A DNA stretch of 64,000 nucleotides, from contig CACEDS010000001.1 in assembly GCA_902558395.1 (NCBI GenBank), forward strand, positions 389,152 to 453,151, written 5' to 3'. The stretch's first letter is position 1; each line of letters starts with the position of its first letter. Origin of the DNA: an uncultured SAR86 cluster bacterium (GTDB taxonomy: Bacteria; Pseudomonadota; Gammaproteobacteria; Magnimaribacterales; D2472). The position numbers and the translations under genes were made by a program. Positions 9,459 through 19,630 of this stretch are shown here, in pieces. The notes beneath the pieces were generated by a model, which was given only the letters and a program-made list of their open reading frames with translations, did not search any database and had not been told where the DNA came from.

Positions 9459-12179
9459 ATGTCAAAGTTTACTAGGTTATCATTGGGTTTTTCTTTTTAC
9501 CTTTCGCTTATATTTACAGCCTTTATAACTGCTCAAGAAATTGAAGAAGTTGTAGTATCTGCAACAAAAAAAGAGCAATCTGTTCAGGATATTCCAGTAT
9601 CTATTGAAGCATTTACTGCTGAAGATATTGATAAGAATATGGTTGAGGATTTCAGCGACTTAGCTGAAGTCGTACCAGGGCTTATAGTTGATAAGGCACT
9701 TGGTTCGGGCTCTTCATATTCAATGAGAGGCGTGGGCTCTTATGGTGTTGGCGCAGCTGTTGTACCTTCATTAATTACATCAATTAATGGTCATGCTGTT
9801 GGATCTTCAGCCCTAAATGACACAGGCTTCCATGACCTTGAGAGAATAGAGGTCCTAAAAGGGCCACAGGGTACTTTATCTGGAAGAAATGCGGTTCAGG
9901 GACTTGTAAATTTAGTTACCGCAAGGCCAACTGGAGAGCTTGAAGGTAATTTAGAAATAACAGGTGGAAATTATAATTCACAAAGAACAAATATTGTTTT
10001 CAATGTCCCATTAAATGAGAGAGTCTCAATGAGACTTGCTTCTTCATTGTTTAAAAGAGATGGTACGATTAAAAATATAAGCACTGGAAATGATATAGAT
10101 GGAAGAGAATCAGTAGCAGGAAGATTATCAATTGATTTTGATATGAATGAAAAAACTTCTGTTGAATTTACATATGATTATCAGAAAGCTGATGATAACA
10201 GACAAAATATTGGTGTTAATTTTTGTGAATCAGATCCTTTGTTTGGCTGTTCTCCATTTACAGTGGGGTCCATTGGTCAAACATCCCATGTTAACGGAAG
10301 CACAGCAGGTTTCTTTAACTTTGCAGCTGCATTAAATGCAGATCCAACAGCAAACTCTTACGCTGGTATACCAGTATTGAATTCAATGAACGAAGTTAAC
10401 TTAAACAGAGATCCAACGTTAATGCAAAAACATGAGTTGGCTCAGATACAAATAAACCATGATTTAAACGACAGCTATAACTTAATTGTTAAGACAACTT
10501 ATACAGCAAGAGATTACAATCACATGGGTGATAACGATTACAATAATTCCACCGCTCCTTTTCCTGGATTATTTCCAGCAGGCCATCCTGCATCTGGAAT
10601 ACCTATGCAATGGGAAGGTTGCTTTGGAGGATTTCATAGCACATTTTGTGAAACTGTAGACTCAGACAGAACTTATGAATTTGCAATGGATGAAACTGAA
10701 ACATGGCAAGGTGAAGTGACACTTATTTCTAGTTTAGATGGTCCTTTAAACTATCAAATAGGTTATTACCATTTTGATCAAACTAGCAGAAATGTTTACC
10801 AGGTTCAAACAGCTTCGTGGAATCTGATTGCTGATGCTAGTGTCCATCCATATAACATGACATTATTTAATGGAGCTCTTACTGGATCAGGATCAACTGA
10901 TTTTCATATACCATGGGCATTATCTGGCTTCAGTGCTGCTGCCTTACCATCTTTATTAACTGGTTATATAGCACCAGTTCCAGTTCAAGGTTTCTTTAAT
11001 GATGACCGCATAAAAACTAAATCAAAAGCTATCTTGGGTGAGCTTTATTACAATTTGTCTGATCAAACTATGCTTACTCTTGGCGTAAGGTATAACGATG
11101 ATGTTGTTAAAGACAGTGTTTTTTCATGTTTATCATTCACAGCATGCTCTAATTACCCACTGTCACAAAAGTTGACTGGTGAATACGGATTTTTTCCAAC
11201 GGTCGTTACTGAGGCAGACGATGCACTTGGATATAAATTAGCAATCCAGCACGATATTGATAATGAGAGAATGGTATATGCAAGTTACACAACTGCTATC
11301 AAAGCAGGTGGAAACAACCCAAACGAGCTAGGTCTTCCTGATCCATATGATCAAGAGGAAACAGGAGTCTTTGAAATTGGTGCTAAGGGCATATTTTTAG
11401 ATGGAGCAATGTTATTAAACACAGCATATTTTCAAAATACTACTGATGGCATGCTTATTTCATCAATTGTTAATGCAGGCTCAAAGAATGTTAATACTGA
11501 TGCTGAAATTAGTGGTTTAGAGGGAAACATGATTCTGTTTTTAAATGAGACCACAAGTCTTGATGTTACTTTGTTAAAAGCAGAATCAGAAATTACTAAC
11601 CTATCTCTTATTAATCCAACAAATATAAATAATGCAACATCTAGAGCCATGCTTCCAGATGCTTTAGGTGGAGGTCTTGTTCAACGACTTGGAGAAGGGG
11701 GTGTATTGACTGTTGGAGCGACAGATGCTGGCCTAGTATATAAATTTGCTGGATATCTATGTCTTGAACCATTTAACCCATTTGGTGCAGGTTGTGGAAA
11801 TCCTGGTACTCCAGTCGATGTATCTGGTAATAAATTACCACAATCTCCTGAATTATCTTACAGCATCGGTCTGAATAAAGACTTTGTTGGTGAAAATGGA
11901 AATACTCGAGCAAGGATAGTTTACAGATACATGTCTGAAAGAGAGGGAACTGTTTACAATCAACCACATCTTCAAGTACCTGAGCATAAGTTTATTGATG
12001 CTACAGTTACATATCGCCCAAACGATGGAAATTGGTTTGTAAGACTTGAAGCTAAAAATCTTGGTGATGATAGATATATTGGAAGTTGGTATTTAGCTAG
12101 TGGCCTTCAAGGTGGCAATAAGTTTGCAACTGTTACAGATCCAAGAATGTGGGGCCTCACATTTGGTACAACTTTCTAA
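9459..12179 (+). CDS. TonB-dependent outer-membrane receptor (paralog 1)
   Basis: 906 aa with a signal peptide. TonB-box/plug region EEVVVSATKKEQSVQDIPVSI, plug motif ERIEVLKGPQGTLSGRNA, long beta-barrel, C-terminal aromatic ...TFGTTF. Confidence 0.9.
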   Translation: MSKFTRLSLGFSFYLSLIFTAFITAQEIEEVVVSATKKEQSVQDIPVSIEAFTAEDIDKNMVEDFSDLAEVVPGLIVDKALGSGSSYSMRGVGSYGVGAAVVPSLITSINGHAVGSSALNDTGFHDLERIEVLKGPQGTLSGRNAVQGLVNLVTARPTGELEGNLEITGGNYNSQRTNIVFNVPLNERVSMRLASSLFKRDGTIKNISTGNDIDGRESVAGRLSIDFDMNEKTSVEFTYDYQKADDNRQNIGVNFCESDPLFGCSPFTVGSIGQTSHVNGSTAGFFNFAAALNADPTANSYAGIPVLNSMNEVNLNRDPTLMQKHELAQIQINHDLNDSYNLIVKTTYTARDYNHMGDNDYNNSTAPFPGLFPAGHPASGIPMQWEGCFGGFHSTFCETVDSDRTYEFAMDETETWQGEVTLISSLDGPLNYQIGYYHFDQTSRNVYQVQTASWNLIADASVHPYNMTLFNGALTGSGSTDFHIPWALSGFSAAALPSLLTGYIAPVPVQGFFNDDRIKTKSKAILGELYYNLSDQTMLTLGVRYNDDVVKDSVFSCLSFTACSNYPLSQKLTGEYGFFPTVVTEADDALGYKLAIQHDIDNERMVYASYTTAIKAGGNNPNELGLPDPYDQEETGVFEIGAKGIFLDGAMLLNTAYFQNTTDGMLISSIVNAGSKNVNTDAEISGLEGNMILFLNETTSLDVTLLKAESEITNLSLINPTNINNATSRAMLPDALGGGLVQRLGEGGVLTVGATDAGLVYKFAGYLCLEPFNPFGAGCGNPGTPVDVSGNKLPQSPELSYSIGLNKDFVGENGNTRARIVYRYMSEREGTVYNQPHLQVPEHKFIDATVTYRPNDGNWFVRLEAKNLGDDRYIGSWYLASGLQGGNKFATVTDPRMWGLTFGTTF

Positions 12180-12192
12180 AAACATATTAAAT

Positions 12193-12222
12193 AAAGGTCC
12201 TTTCTGAGGGCCTTTATTTTTA
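12193..12222 (+). terminator. Rho-independent terminator after receptor 1
   Basis: Stem AAAGGTCC (12193-12200) / GGGCCTTT (12208-12215) with one G-U pair, followed by ATTTTTAT. Confidence 0.7.
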
Positions 12223-12321
12223 TACATTAAAATATATATAAAATCTATATGCAATTTACTACCAATCTTGTTATCATATAGCCTAATCTAACAATATTAA
12301 TCGTTTATATAGGGGACTTTA

Positions 12322-15090
12322 ATGTCAAAAATAAGAAATTCGTTATTATTATCTTTTGTATTTTTATCATTTTCGGTAATCTCGCAAGAGGTTGAAGAGG
12401 TTGTTGTTACAGCGACCAAGAAAGAAGAATCTATTCAGGATTTGGCTCTTTCAATTGAAGCTATCTCTGCTCAATCATTGGATGAGAACCAAGTCTATGA
12501 TGTGTCAGATCTTGCTGAAATTACTCCAGGTCTAGAAACATCAAAAGTTATTGGTTCTGGTTCAGGCTGGACAATAAGAGGCATGGGATCATTCGGTATT
12601 GGTGCAGGTGTTATTGCATCTGTGGTTACAGCAGTAAATGGACACAGTGTTAATGATAGTGTTGTAGCTGACACTGGTTTTTTCGATTTAGAAAGAATCG
12701 AAGTGTTAAAAGGACCTCAAGGTACTTTGTATGGTAGAAATGCTGCAAACGGTGTCATTAATTTAATCACAGCTAGACCAACTTCAGAATTTGGCGGTAA
12801 TTACGATGTTGAAATTGGTAGCTATGGTCAAATTAAAACTTCTGCAGTTGTCAATATGCCGTTTTCTGATTCATTAAGAACAAGGCTTGCTGTCTTATCT
12901 AATAAAAGAGATGGTATGGTTACTAATACTGTAACTGGTAAAGACTTTGATGATAGAAATGATATGGCATTTAGGCTTTCAGTTGATTATGATCTATCTG
13001 ACAGAACTCAGGTTCAGTTCACATACTCTGATCAAGAGAGTGATGATAATAGATTTCAAGAAGAAGTTTCATTTTGTGCTCAAAGTTTATTCTTTGGTTG
13101 TAGCCCCTATGAAAGAGGTCAAATGAATGTTGCTGCAGATACTCGAGGCCATTTCTCTGGAGCATTTGCTTTACTTGCTCATTTACATCCTGGTGTAGTT
13201 GTAAATGATTTTGCAAACTCTGTTGGATCACGTGATTTCACTAAAGTTGCTCTAAATAGGGAACCAACACACTATCAAAAACAAACAGTAGCAAATCTTC
13301 AAATTAATCATGACTTAACAGATAATTTATTGCTTACTGCTAAGGTTTCTTACGACACTAGAGATTTTCACCAGAGTGGAGACCAAGATTTATCATATTC
13401 AGCTAATCCATTCTTAGGAACAGCTGCATCATTAGGTAGACCGCCTGTTGAAAGCTACTTATGTTTTGGTGGTGAGAGACAGTTTTGTGAGAACGTTGAT
13501 TCAGAAAGAGTCTATGACTTCTCAGACGTTAACTATCACAGCACACAAATGGAGATTAACTTAGTTTCAGACTTTGATGGTCCTTTTAATTACACAGTTG
13601 GTGCTTATCAAATAGATAATAGAAATGACAATGTATACCTCGTACAAACTGCTGGATCACAAATGATGACAAGCTTTGGTAATCATCCTTACAGTGATTT
13701 TATACAGGTATTAGGATTTCCTGATTGGTCTGCTAAAGGCGGATTAGGCTTTTATCAAGATATGTTAGCTTGGCTAAATCTTGCTGGTAATGCCCTCGCA
13801 TGTCAGGGTGCTGTTCCTGGTCCATGTGATCCTGCGAAGATAGGTGCTTTTAATGATCAAACAGCTAAACAAGCTGGATATCCTAACTTTACTGTTCCAT
13901 GGGAGCTAGGTGGAGTAATAAATGATCAAAATGTTGATGATACATCTAGAGCATTATATGGAGAAATGTATTTTGATATTTCTGACGATACTAAATTAAC
14001 TCTAGGAGCTCGTTATCAAGAAGATGATGTGACTGCAGTTACTTTCAACCAAACCGGTGCAACAGGTTGGATGGCAAACGGTGGTTGGTTGTTTGAAAAT
14101 AGAGATGAAATGCGTTTTTCACCTGGTGGTAATGAGACTACTACGAAAGCCGATGATCAATTTTCATACAAGTTAGCATTGCAACACAATTTATCTGACG
14201 ATGTTATGGTTTATGGTAGTTATACAACAGCAAATAAGGCTGGTGGAGTAAATGCTGGAGCTAATCCAACAACTTATGAACCAGAAGAAGCTGGAGTCTT
14301 TGATCTTGGTCTTAAAAGTATTTTGATGGATGGAGCTATGCTTCTAAACATGAATGTGTTTAATGCAAAAAATGATGGTTTCCTTGTTGCAGCTGTTGTT
14401 AATACTGGAACAGAAAATAAAAATATTGATGCTGAATTTACCGGGTTTGAAGGTAACATGATGGTCTTTTTATCTGAAAACACAAAGCTTGAAGCTAACT
14501 GGTTATTCTTAGACCATGAAGTTGTATCTGATACTATGCTCATAGATTATCTTAATCCAACAGGTTCAACTGGAGTCTTACAAGAAGCTCAAGTTCCTGG
14601 TACTAATGGCCTTATTACCACTGCCGTTTTTAATGATGGAACTCAATGGTTTAAATCTGCTGGTTATAACTGTTCAGCGCCTGGTTTATATACAGCTGGT
14701 TGTTCTGGAGATGTTGGAATAGCGCAGAGTGTAAAAGGCAACAATCTACCAGGATCTGCTGATGCATCATATGGACTGTCTTTAACTACAGATTTTCCAG
14801 GTGAAAGAGGTGTTACTTCTGCAAGAGTATCATATAGGTATACAGGTGAAGCTGATCTAAGTATTTTCAATATGGAAAGAATGAAATTGAAAGAAAGAGA
14901 TTCATGGGATCTTTTAGTCAGATTCGTTCCTAATTCTGATGAATGGTATGCTGGTATGTACATTAAGAATATTGCTGATGAGCAGGCTCTTAATGCACTA
15001 CGTGAATCAAGTAATGTTGGCGGTGGCTCATTATTAGGTTCTTTTACCGATCCTAGAACATTCGGTATAGAATTTGGCGCTCAATTCTAA
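12322..15090 (+). CDS. TonB-dependent outer-membrane receptor (paralog 2)
   Basis: 922 aa with the same architecture as 9459-12179: EEVVVTATKKEESIQDLALSI, ERIEVLKGPQGTLYGRNA, C-terminal ...EFGAQF. It is clearly alignable with paralog 1 along the whole length. Confidence 0.9.
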   Translation: MSKIRNSLLLSFVFLSFSVISQEVEEVVVTATKKEESIQDLALSIEAISAQSLDENQVYDVSDLAEITPGLETSKVIGSGSGWTIRGMGSFGIGAGVIASVVTAVNGHSVNDSVVADTGFFDLERIEVLKGPQGTLYGRNAANGVINLITARPTSEFGGNYDVEIGSYGQIKTSAVVNMPFSDSLRTRLAVLSNKRDGMVTNTVTGKDFDDRNDMAFRLSVDYDLSDRTQVQFTYSDQESDDNRFQEEVSFCAQSLFFGCSPYERGQMNVAADTRGHFSGAFALLAHLHPGVVVNDFANSVGSRDFTKVALNREPTHYQKQTVANLQINHDLTDNLLLTAKVSYDTRDFHQSGDQDLSYSANPFLGTAASLGRPPVESYLCFGGERQFCENVDSERVYDFSDVNYHSTQMEINLVSDFDGPFNYTVGAYQIDNRNDNVYLVQTAGSQMMTSFGNHPYSDFIQVLGFPDWSAKGGLGFYQDMLAWLNLAGNALACQGAVPGPCDPAKIGAFNDQTAKQAGYPNFTVPWELGGVINDQNVDDTSRALYGEMYFDISDDTKLTLGARYQEDDVTAVTFNQTGATGWMANGGWLFENRDEMRFSPGGNETTTKADDQFSYKLALQHNLSDDVMVYGSYTTANKAGGVNAGANPTTYEPEEAGVFDLGLKSILMDGAMLLNMNVFNAKNDGFLVAAVVNTGTENKNIDAEFTGFEGNMMVFLSENTKLEANWLFLDHEVVSDTMLIDYLNPTGSTGVLQEAQVPGTNGLITTAVFNDGTQWFKSAGYNCSAPGLYTAGCSGDVGIAQSVKGNNLPGSADASYGLSLTTDFPGERGVTSARVSYRYTGEADLSIFNMERMKLKERDSWDLLVRFVPNSDEWYAGMYIKNIADEQALNALRESSNVGGGSLLGSFTDPRTFGIEFGAQF

Positions 15091-15110
15091 GAGTTTGGAT
15101 TAAATTTTAA

Positions 15111-15137
15111 AAAGCCCAGTTTACTGGGCTTTTTTTA
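15111..15137 (+). terminator. Rho-independent terminator after receptor 2
   Basis: AAAGCCCAGT (15111-15120) / ACTGGGCTTT (15123-15132) followed by a T-run. Confidence 0.8.
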
Positions 15138-15157
15138 TACTTCATACATATAAAATT

Positions 15158-15631
15158 ATGCTACCTCTACCATATATATCTGAAACAAAAATTGTTACAC
15201 AAGACATGTGTGATCATAATGGTCACATGAATGTTAACTATTACTATCAGCTCTTCGATAGTGTTTATACTGCAATGTATTACAAAGATTTAGGTTTTGA
15301 TGATGATTATCTTGCAAGTGGGTTTTCAACATTTACCCTTGAAGATAACATTAGATATTTAAAAGAATTTAAATTAGACGATAGGGTATACCCATCATTC
15401 CATCTTACAAATGTTAATAAAAAGCTACTTCATTTTGTAGGTATTCTTCAAAATGATGCTGGAGAATTATCAGCAATATTTGAAACAGTTTTAGCTCACA
15501 TGGACCTAAATGCTAGAAAGGTTACTGAATTTAGTGAAAAAAAGTTAAATAAATTGATTGCATATAGGTCTTCAAATAAATTAACAGAATCTCTTCCTTT
15601 TGAATTGAAACTTAAAATTAGAGACCTTTAA
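15158..15631 (+). CDS. Hotdog-fold acyl-CoA thioesterase family protein (4HBT/YbgC-like)
   Basis: 157 aa. The N-terminal MCDHNGHMNVNYYYQLFD matches the 4HBT catalytic region pattern (D..GH.nn..Y). Confidence 0.55.
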   Translation: MLPLPYISETKIVTQDMCDHNGHMNVNYYYQLFDSVYTAMYYKDLGFDDDYLASGFSTFTLEDNIRYLKEFKLDDRVYPSFHLTNVNKKLLHFVGILQNDAGELSAIFETVLAHMDLNARKVTEFSEKKLNKLIAYRSSNKLTESLPFELKLKIRDL

Positions 15632-16630
15632 GTGCATAAAAATTTCCTAAGCTTTATTCTAATTTTCTCAATTTCTTTTGTTGTAAATGCAGAAAATATC
15701 TCTGTTATGTCTATTAATGCTCAGAACTTATTCGATACTATTGATGATCCCGGAAAAGATGATAAAGCATTCTTGCCAATAGAGTTAAAACAATCTGATG
15801 AACACAGAAACTCATGCAACTCTATTACAGTCAAGAGATGGAGGATGGAATGCTTCTTTCAAGACTGGAATGAGGAAACAAAAAATGTAAAACTCCAGAA
15901 TCTTGTAGAAGTAATTATCTCATATGATAAAAATGGAGCAGATGTAATAGGTCTTCAAGAAATTGAAAATATAAATATTTTGGAGCAACTTTTTAATCTT
16001 TTACAGCCTTATGGCTATATAGATTTTCATTTGCTCGAAAGTACCGATAAAAGGGGGGTTGATACAGCTTTTATAACTAAATACAAGATTTCTAATCCAA
16101 AACTGCACTATGTAAATTTCTCTCCAAATTTTGAGACTATAGATACTAGACCAATATTTGAGGTTGATATAAACATTAATAAAAAAACATTAAAGTTTTA
16201 TAACGTTCACTTTCCTTCAAACTTTCATCCAGCACAAATGAGGATTGAATCATTCCAAAAGTTAAAAGAGCTAATAGCTAGTCATTCTAAACCGTCAGTA
16301 GCTTTGGGTGATTTTAATCTTACCAAAAAGGATGATAAGAAATTTGATGTATATAAAAATCAAGAAGATTATTGGTATGTTGCACACAGAGAAGGTTGCG
16401 GTTCATGTTTGGGAACCTATTACTATAGTAGAGGCAAGTCATGGGATTATCTTGACACTATAATGGTTTCACGGAATAGAGGGGTAGAGTTTATGGAGGG
16501 CTCTATAAACGTTTTTAAAATAGACTTTAATACATATTTAGATACAGGTAAGCCACATTGGTTTAATCCAGAATCTAAGACGGGAGTTTCTGATCACTTC
16601 CCATTTGTTGCAGAAATAACTTTAAATTAA
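15632..16630 (+). CDS. Secreted endonuclease/exonuclease/phosphatase (EEP) family protein
   Basis: 332 aa, GTG start, signal peptide. EEP-like motifs are SINAQNLFD, GADVIGLQEIEN, ALGDFN and the C-terminal SDHFP. Confidence 0.7.
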   Translation: MHKNFLSFILIFSISFVVNAENISVMSINAQNLFDTIDDPGKDDKAFLPIELKQSDEHRNSCNSITVKRWRMECFFQDWNEETKNVKLQNLVEVIISYDKNGADVIGLQEIENINILEQLFNLLQPYGYIDFHLLESTDKRGVDTAFITKYKISNPKLHYVNFSPNFETIDTRPIFEVDININKKTLKFYNVHFPSNFHPAQMRIESFQKLKELIASHSKPSVALGDFNLTKKDDKKFDVYKNQEDYWYVAHREGCGSCLGTYYYSRGKSWDYLDTIMVSRNRGVEFMEGSINVFKIDFNTYLDTGKPHWFNPESKTGVSDHFPFVAEITLN

Positions 16631-16634
16631 GTAG

Positions 16635-17033
16635 CTATTTTCTCCAGCCGCCTCTATCAAAAATTCTTAAATAGGTTAGCTGATCATGTTCAGAAAGATT
16701 TATAACCTTACAGTAATCCCCAGATTGAACTAATACAACATCTCCTGCTGTCAAATCGTATGAATCTTTGTGCTCGACGCCATATGATGGATCAGATCCA
16801 TGGCCTTCATCAGAGTTCATATACTCAACAATTTCCATTGAGCCTCTACCATTAGTAATAACATAAACGACATCAGAATTAATTAATTTATGTCCTTGTG
16901 TGGACTTGCCAGGCTGTATAACAGTTTTGCTAGCTATAACTCTTTCGAGCAGATCATTTGTCCATACCGCATAGTCTTCATTAACGTTGTGTGGCGAACC
17001 ACCAACTCTAAAATTATTGTATTTTTTTGCCAT
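16635..17033 (-). CDS. Small cupin-fold protein, function unknown
   Basis: 132 aa with cupin-like strands (GHKLINSDVVYVITNGRG, AGDVVLVQSGDYCKVIN). The canonical His/Glu metal ligands are mostly substituted. Confidence 0.45.
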   Translation of the reverse strand: MAKKYNNFRVGGSPHNVNEDYAVWTNDLLERVIASKTVIQPGKSTQGHKLINSDVVYVITNGRGSMEIVEYMNSDEGHGSDPSYGVEHKDSYDLTAGDVVLVQSGDYCKVINLSEHDQLTYLRIFDRGGWRK

Positions 17034-17139
17034 AATATTTTATAAATCCTTTCAAATAATTATAGTTATTTTAATTAAACATGCCAGTAAATACTTCTTT
17101 AGCCTGTTGTTATTGTTCTATATAAAATATAATGCAATA

Positions 17140-17185
17140 GCGCCTATTTGATATCAGCTTGCCGGCGCAAAAAAATTGGCTAAAG
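17140..17185 (+). promoter_or_regulatory. Candidate SAM-II/SAM-V-class riboswitch aptamer in the metY leader
   Basis: GC-rich stem GCGCC (17140-17144) / GGCGC (17164-17168) in otherwise AT-rich DNA. The loop is U-rich and contains CAGCUUGCC. It is followed by an A7 tract and UUGGCUAAAG, which can pair back to the loop (H-type pseudoknot). It lies 60-105 nt upstream of metY, the classic gene context for these classes. Confidence 0.45.
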
Positions 17186-17244
17186 AGAACTTAGAACTAT
17201 CTTCTCTCAGTTGATGTTTTAATATTTTTACTAAAGGAAACATT

Positions 17245-18537
17245 ATGAGCAAAACATATACAAACCCAGAAACGATTGGACTTCATGCCGGATGGAGGAA
17301 GGACGATAATACTAACTCAGTTGCAGTACCAATTCATCAAACAACTAGTTATCAGTTTGATAATACTGACCATGCTGCAAATTTATTTGCCTTATCAGAG
17401 CTAGGTAATATTTATTCAAGAATCATGAATCCAACCTGCGCTGTTCTTGAAGATAGAATTGCTGCGCTAGAAGGCGGTGTTGGAGCATTAGCTGTAGCAT
17501 CAGGACAAGCTGCATCAGCATATGCAATCCAAAATATTGCAAAGAATGGAGATAATATTGTTGCTTCATCGCATTTATATGGAGGAACATATAACCAATT
17601 TAAAAATGTGTTCTCAGATATGGGTATTGAAGTTAGGTTTGTAGACCCAGCCGACCCACAAAACTTTGCTAATGCTACTGATGATAAGACTAGAGCCTAT
17701 TATGGTGAAGTTTTACCAAACCCAAGTTTTGAAGTATTTCCTATTTCTGAAGTGGCTGAAATTGGCAGACCTTTGGGAATACCATTAATTGTTGATAATA
17801 CAGCTGCACCTGTAATATGTAAGCCTTTTGATCACGGAGCTGCAGTAGTTATTCATTCTACAACTAAATTTATAGGCGGTCATGGAACTTCAATTGGTGG
17901 AATTATTGTTGATAGTGGTAATTTTGATTGGGAAGCTTTTCCTGAAAGACAGCCAGCTTTAAATAATCCAGACCCTTCATATGCCGGAGCTGTTTGGACT
18001 GAAGCTGTAAAACCACTAGGACCTATTGCTTATATATTAAAAGCTAGGACAACAATTCTAAGGGATATGGGCGCTGCTATGAGCCCATTTAATGCATTTA
18101 TGTTTATTCAAGGCTTAGAAACGCTTGCACTCAGAATGAGAGAGCATTCAAGTAATGCAGAAAAAGTTGCTGATTATCTATCAAACCATGAATCTGTTGA
18201 AAGAGTTGGTTATCCTTCAAAAATGGATGGTTACGCCAAAGAAAGAGCTGATAAGTACTTAACTAAAGGGAATGGTGCTCTAATGGGCTTTGAGATAAAA
18301 GGTGGTGTTGAGGCTGGTAAGAAATTTATTGACGCCTTAGAGATGGTCTATCACGTCGCCAATATTGGTGATTCAAGGAGTTTAGCTATTCATCCTGCAA
18401 GTACCACTCATAGCCAGTTAAACGAAGAAGAGCTTTTATCAGCTGGTGTCACGCCTGGGTATGTACGATTGTCAATTGGTCTTGAACACGTTGACGACAT
18501 TATTGCTGACCTTGAGCAAGCTTTAGCAAAGATATAA
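17245..18537 (+). CDS. metY: O-acetylhomoserine aminocarboxypropyltransferase/sulfhydrylase
   Basis: 430 aa, a PLP enzyme of the Cys/Met metabolism family: [33 protein letters not shown] (PLP lysine), [11 protein letters not shown]. Confidence 0.92.
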   Translation: MSKTYTNPETIGLHAGWRKDDNTNSVAVPIHQTTSYQFDNTDHAANLFALSELGNIYSRIMNPTCAVLEDRIAALEGGVGALAVASGQAASAYAIQNIAKNGDNIVASSHLYGGTYNQFKNVFSDMGIEVRFVDPADPQNFANATDDKTRAYYGEVLPNPSFEVFPISEVAEIGRPLGIPLIVDNTAAPVICKPFDHGAAVVIHSTTKFIGGHGTSIGGIIVDSGNFDWEAFPERQPALNNPDPSYAGAVWTEAVKPLGPIAYILKARTTILRDMGAAMSPFNAFMFIQGLETLALRMREHSSNAEKVADYLSNHESVERVGYPSKMDGYAKERADKYLTKGNGALMGFEIKGGVEAGKKFIDALEMVYHVANIGDSRSLAIHPASTTHSQLNEEELLSAGVTPGYVRLSIGLEHVDDIIADLEQALAKI

Positions 18538-18544
18538 TTTAATC

Positions 18545-19057
18545 TTGAGCCAAGAATTAGTTACTTACATAGTTCTTGGCTCAAAATCTAGACTTCAAGG
18601 AATTAAGCTTCCTGCAAATAGCAAATTTGAAGAATATATATTCTTAAATTTTGATTCAAAACATAAGATTCTAGAAAATTTAGATCAACTTATTACTGAT
18701 TCCCAAGGTGAATTAATAGTTCTGTTGCCTCCCTCATCTTATCCAAATAGTCTAGCTAAAGAAGCTTTAAAGAAAATTGCTTTAATTGGTTTATCCTCAT
18801 GGGGGTGGTTTGAATATAATTCAAAAAGAAAAAACTTAGTTCAAAATATTAAAAAAGTTAATACTCTAATAAGAAGTATCCCAGATTTAGAACAAGGTAT
18901 TTATTTTACAAAAAGATTATATTTTTCTGTTGGTGGTTTTGGTTCTATAAAACCAAATGTTTTTTCAGAAATATCAAAAAGATTATATTCTAGAATAGAT
19001 CCACAAAAACCATTGCCAGCACTTATAATAAGAACAAAAAATCTTCAACTTGATTAG
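18545..19057 (+). CDS. Hypothetical protein (faint GT-A glycosyltransferase-like C-terminal similarity)
   Basis: 170 aa with a TTG start. Only EQGIYFTKRLYFSVGGFG...ISKRLY recalls small family-2 glycosyltransferases, and no DxD region is visible. Confidence 0.35.
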   Translation: MSQELVTYIVLGSKSRLQGIKLPANSKFEEYIFLNFDSKHKILENLDQLITDSQGELIVLLPPSSYPNSLAKEALKKIALIGLSSWGWFEYNSKRKNLVQNIKKVNTLIRSIPDLEQGIYFTKRLYFSVGGFGSIKPNVFSEISKRLYSRIDPQKPLPALIIRTKNLQLD

Positions 19058-19060
19058 ATT

Positions 19061-19627
19061 ATGGACGCCTTAGTTAAAGCACAAAATTTAAGTTACAAAA
19101 TTAATGACAAGAAATTGTTTCAAGGCATATCTTTTGAACTTTTAAAAGGAAAAGCATTACATATTCAAGGTGAAAATGGCTCAGGAAAAACAACACTTTT
19201 AAGAATGGTTTGCGGACTTACAAAGCCTACAAAAGGCGATTTAATTACTCAAACAGATAAAGAGGTATGTTTTATAGGACATAAGAATGCTATAAAACAA
19301 TATCTGAATGTTGAAGACAATCTTGTATTAATGAATTTAAGCAATCATAAGGATCTTCAAAAATACTTATCAGTATTTGATTTGGATAAATCTCTTGATA
19401 TAAATATTGCAAATCTTTCATTTGGACAGCAAAAAAAAATAGCGCTCCTTAGGCTATTTCTAAATAGCTCAGATCTATTAATTCTAGATGAGCCCTCTGT
19501 TGGACTGGATACTAATTCGCAAGAAATTTTAGTAAATTTTTTAAAAAAAGAACTTGCTAATGGAAAGGGTATTATATATTCATCACATATATTTTTAGAC
19601 TTTGATTCAGATAGGTTAGGTATTTAG
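19061..19627 (+). CDS. ccmA: Heme exporter ATP-binding protein CcmA
   Basis: 188 aa ABC ATPase with Walker A GENGSGKTT, signature LSFGQQKK and Walker B LLILDEP. It is the first gene of the ccm cluster. Confidence 0.85.
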   Translation: MDALVKAQNLSYKINDKKLFQGISFELLKGKALHIQGENGSGKTTLLRMVCGLTKPTKGDLITQTDKEVCFIGHKNAIKQYLNVEDNLVLMNLSNHKDLQKYLSVFDLDKSLDINIANLSFGQQKKIALLRLFLNSSDLLILDEPSVGLDTNSQEILVNFLKKELANGKGIIYSSHIFLDFDSDRLGI

Positions 19628-19630
19628 GTT

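Noticed and set aside
16635-17033. Small cupin as a possible DddK-like DMSP lyase (small cupin in a marine genome).
   Set aside because: The cupin motif-1 and motif-2 metal ligands (HxHx4E and the distal His) are largely replaced (GHKLINSD, and Cys/Lys at the distal His position). There is no supporting gene context, so only the cupin fold is claimed.
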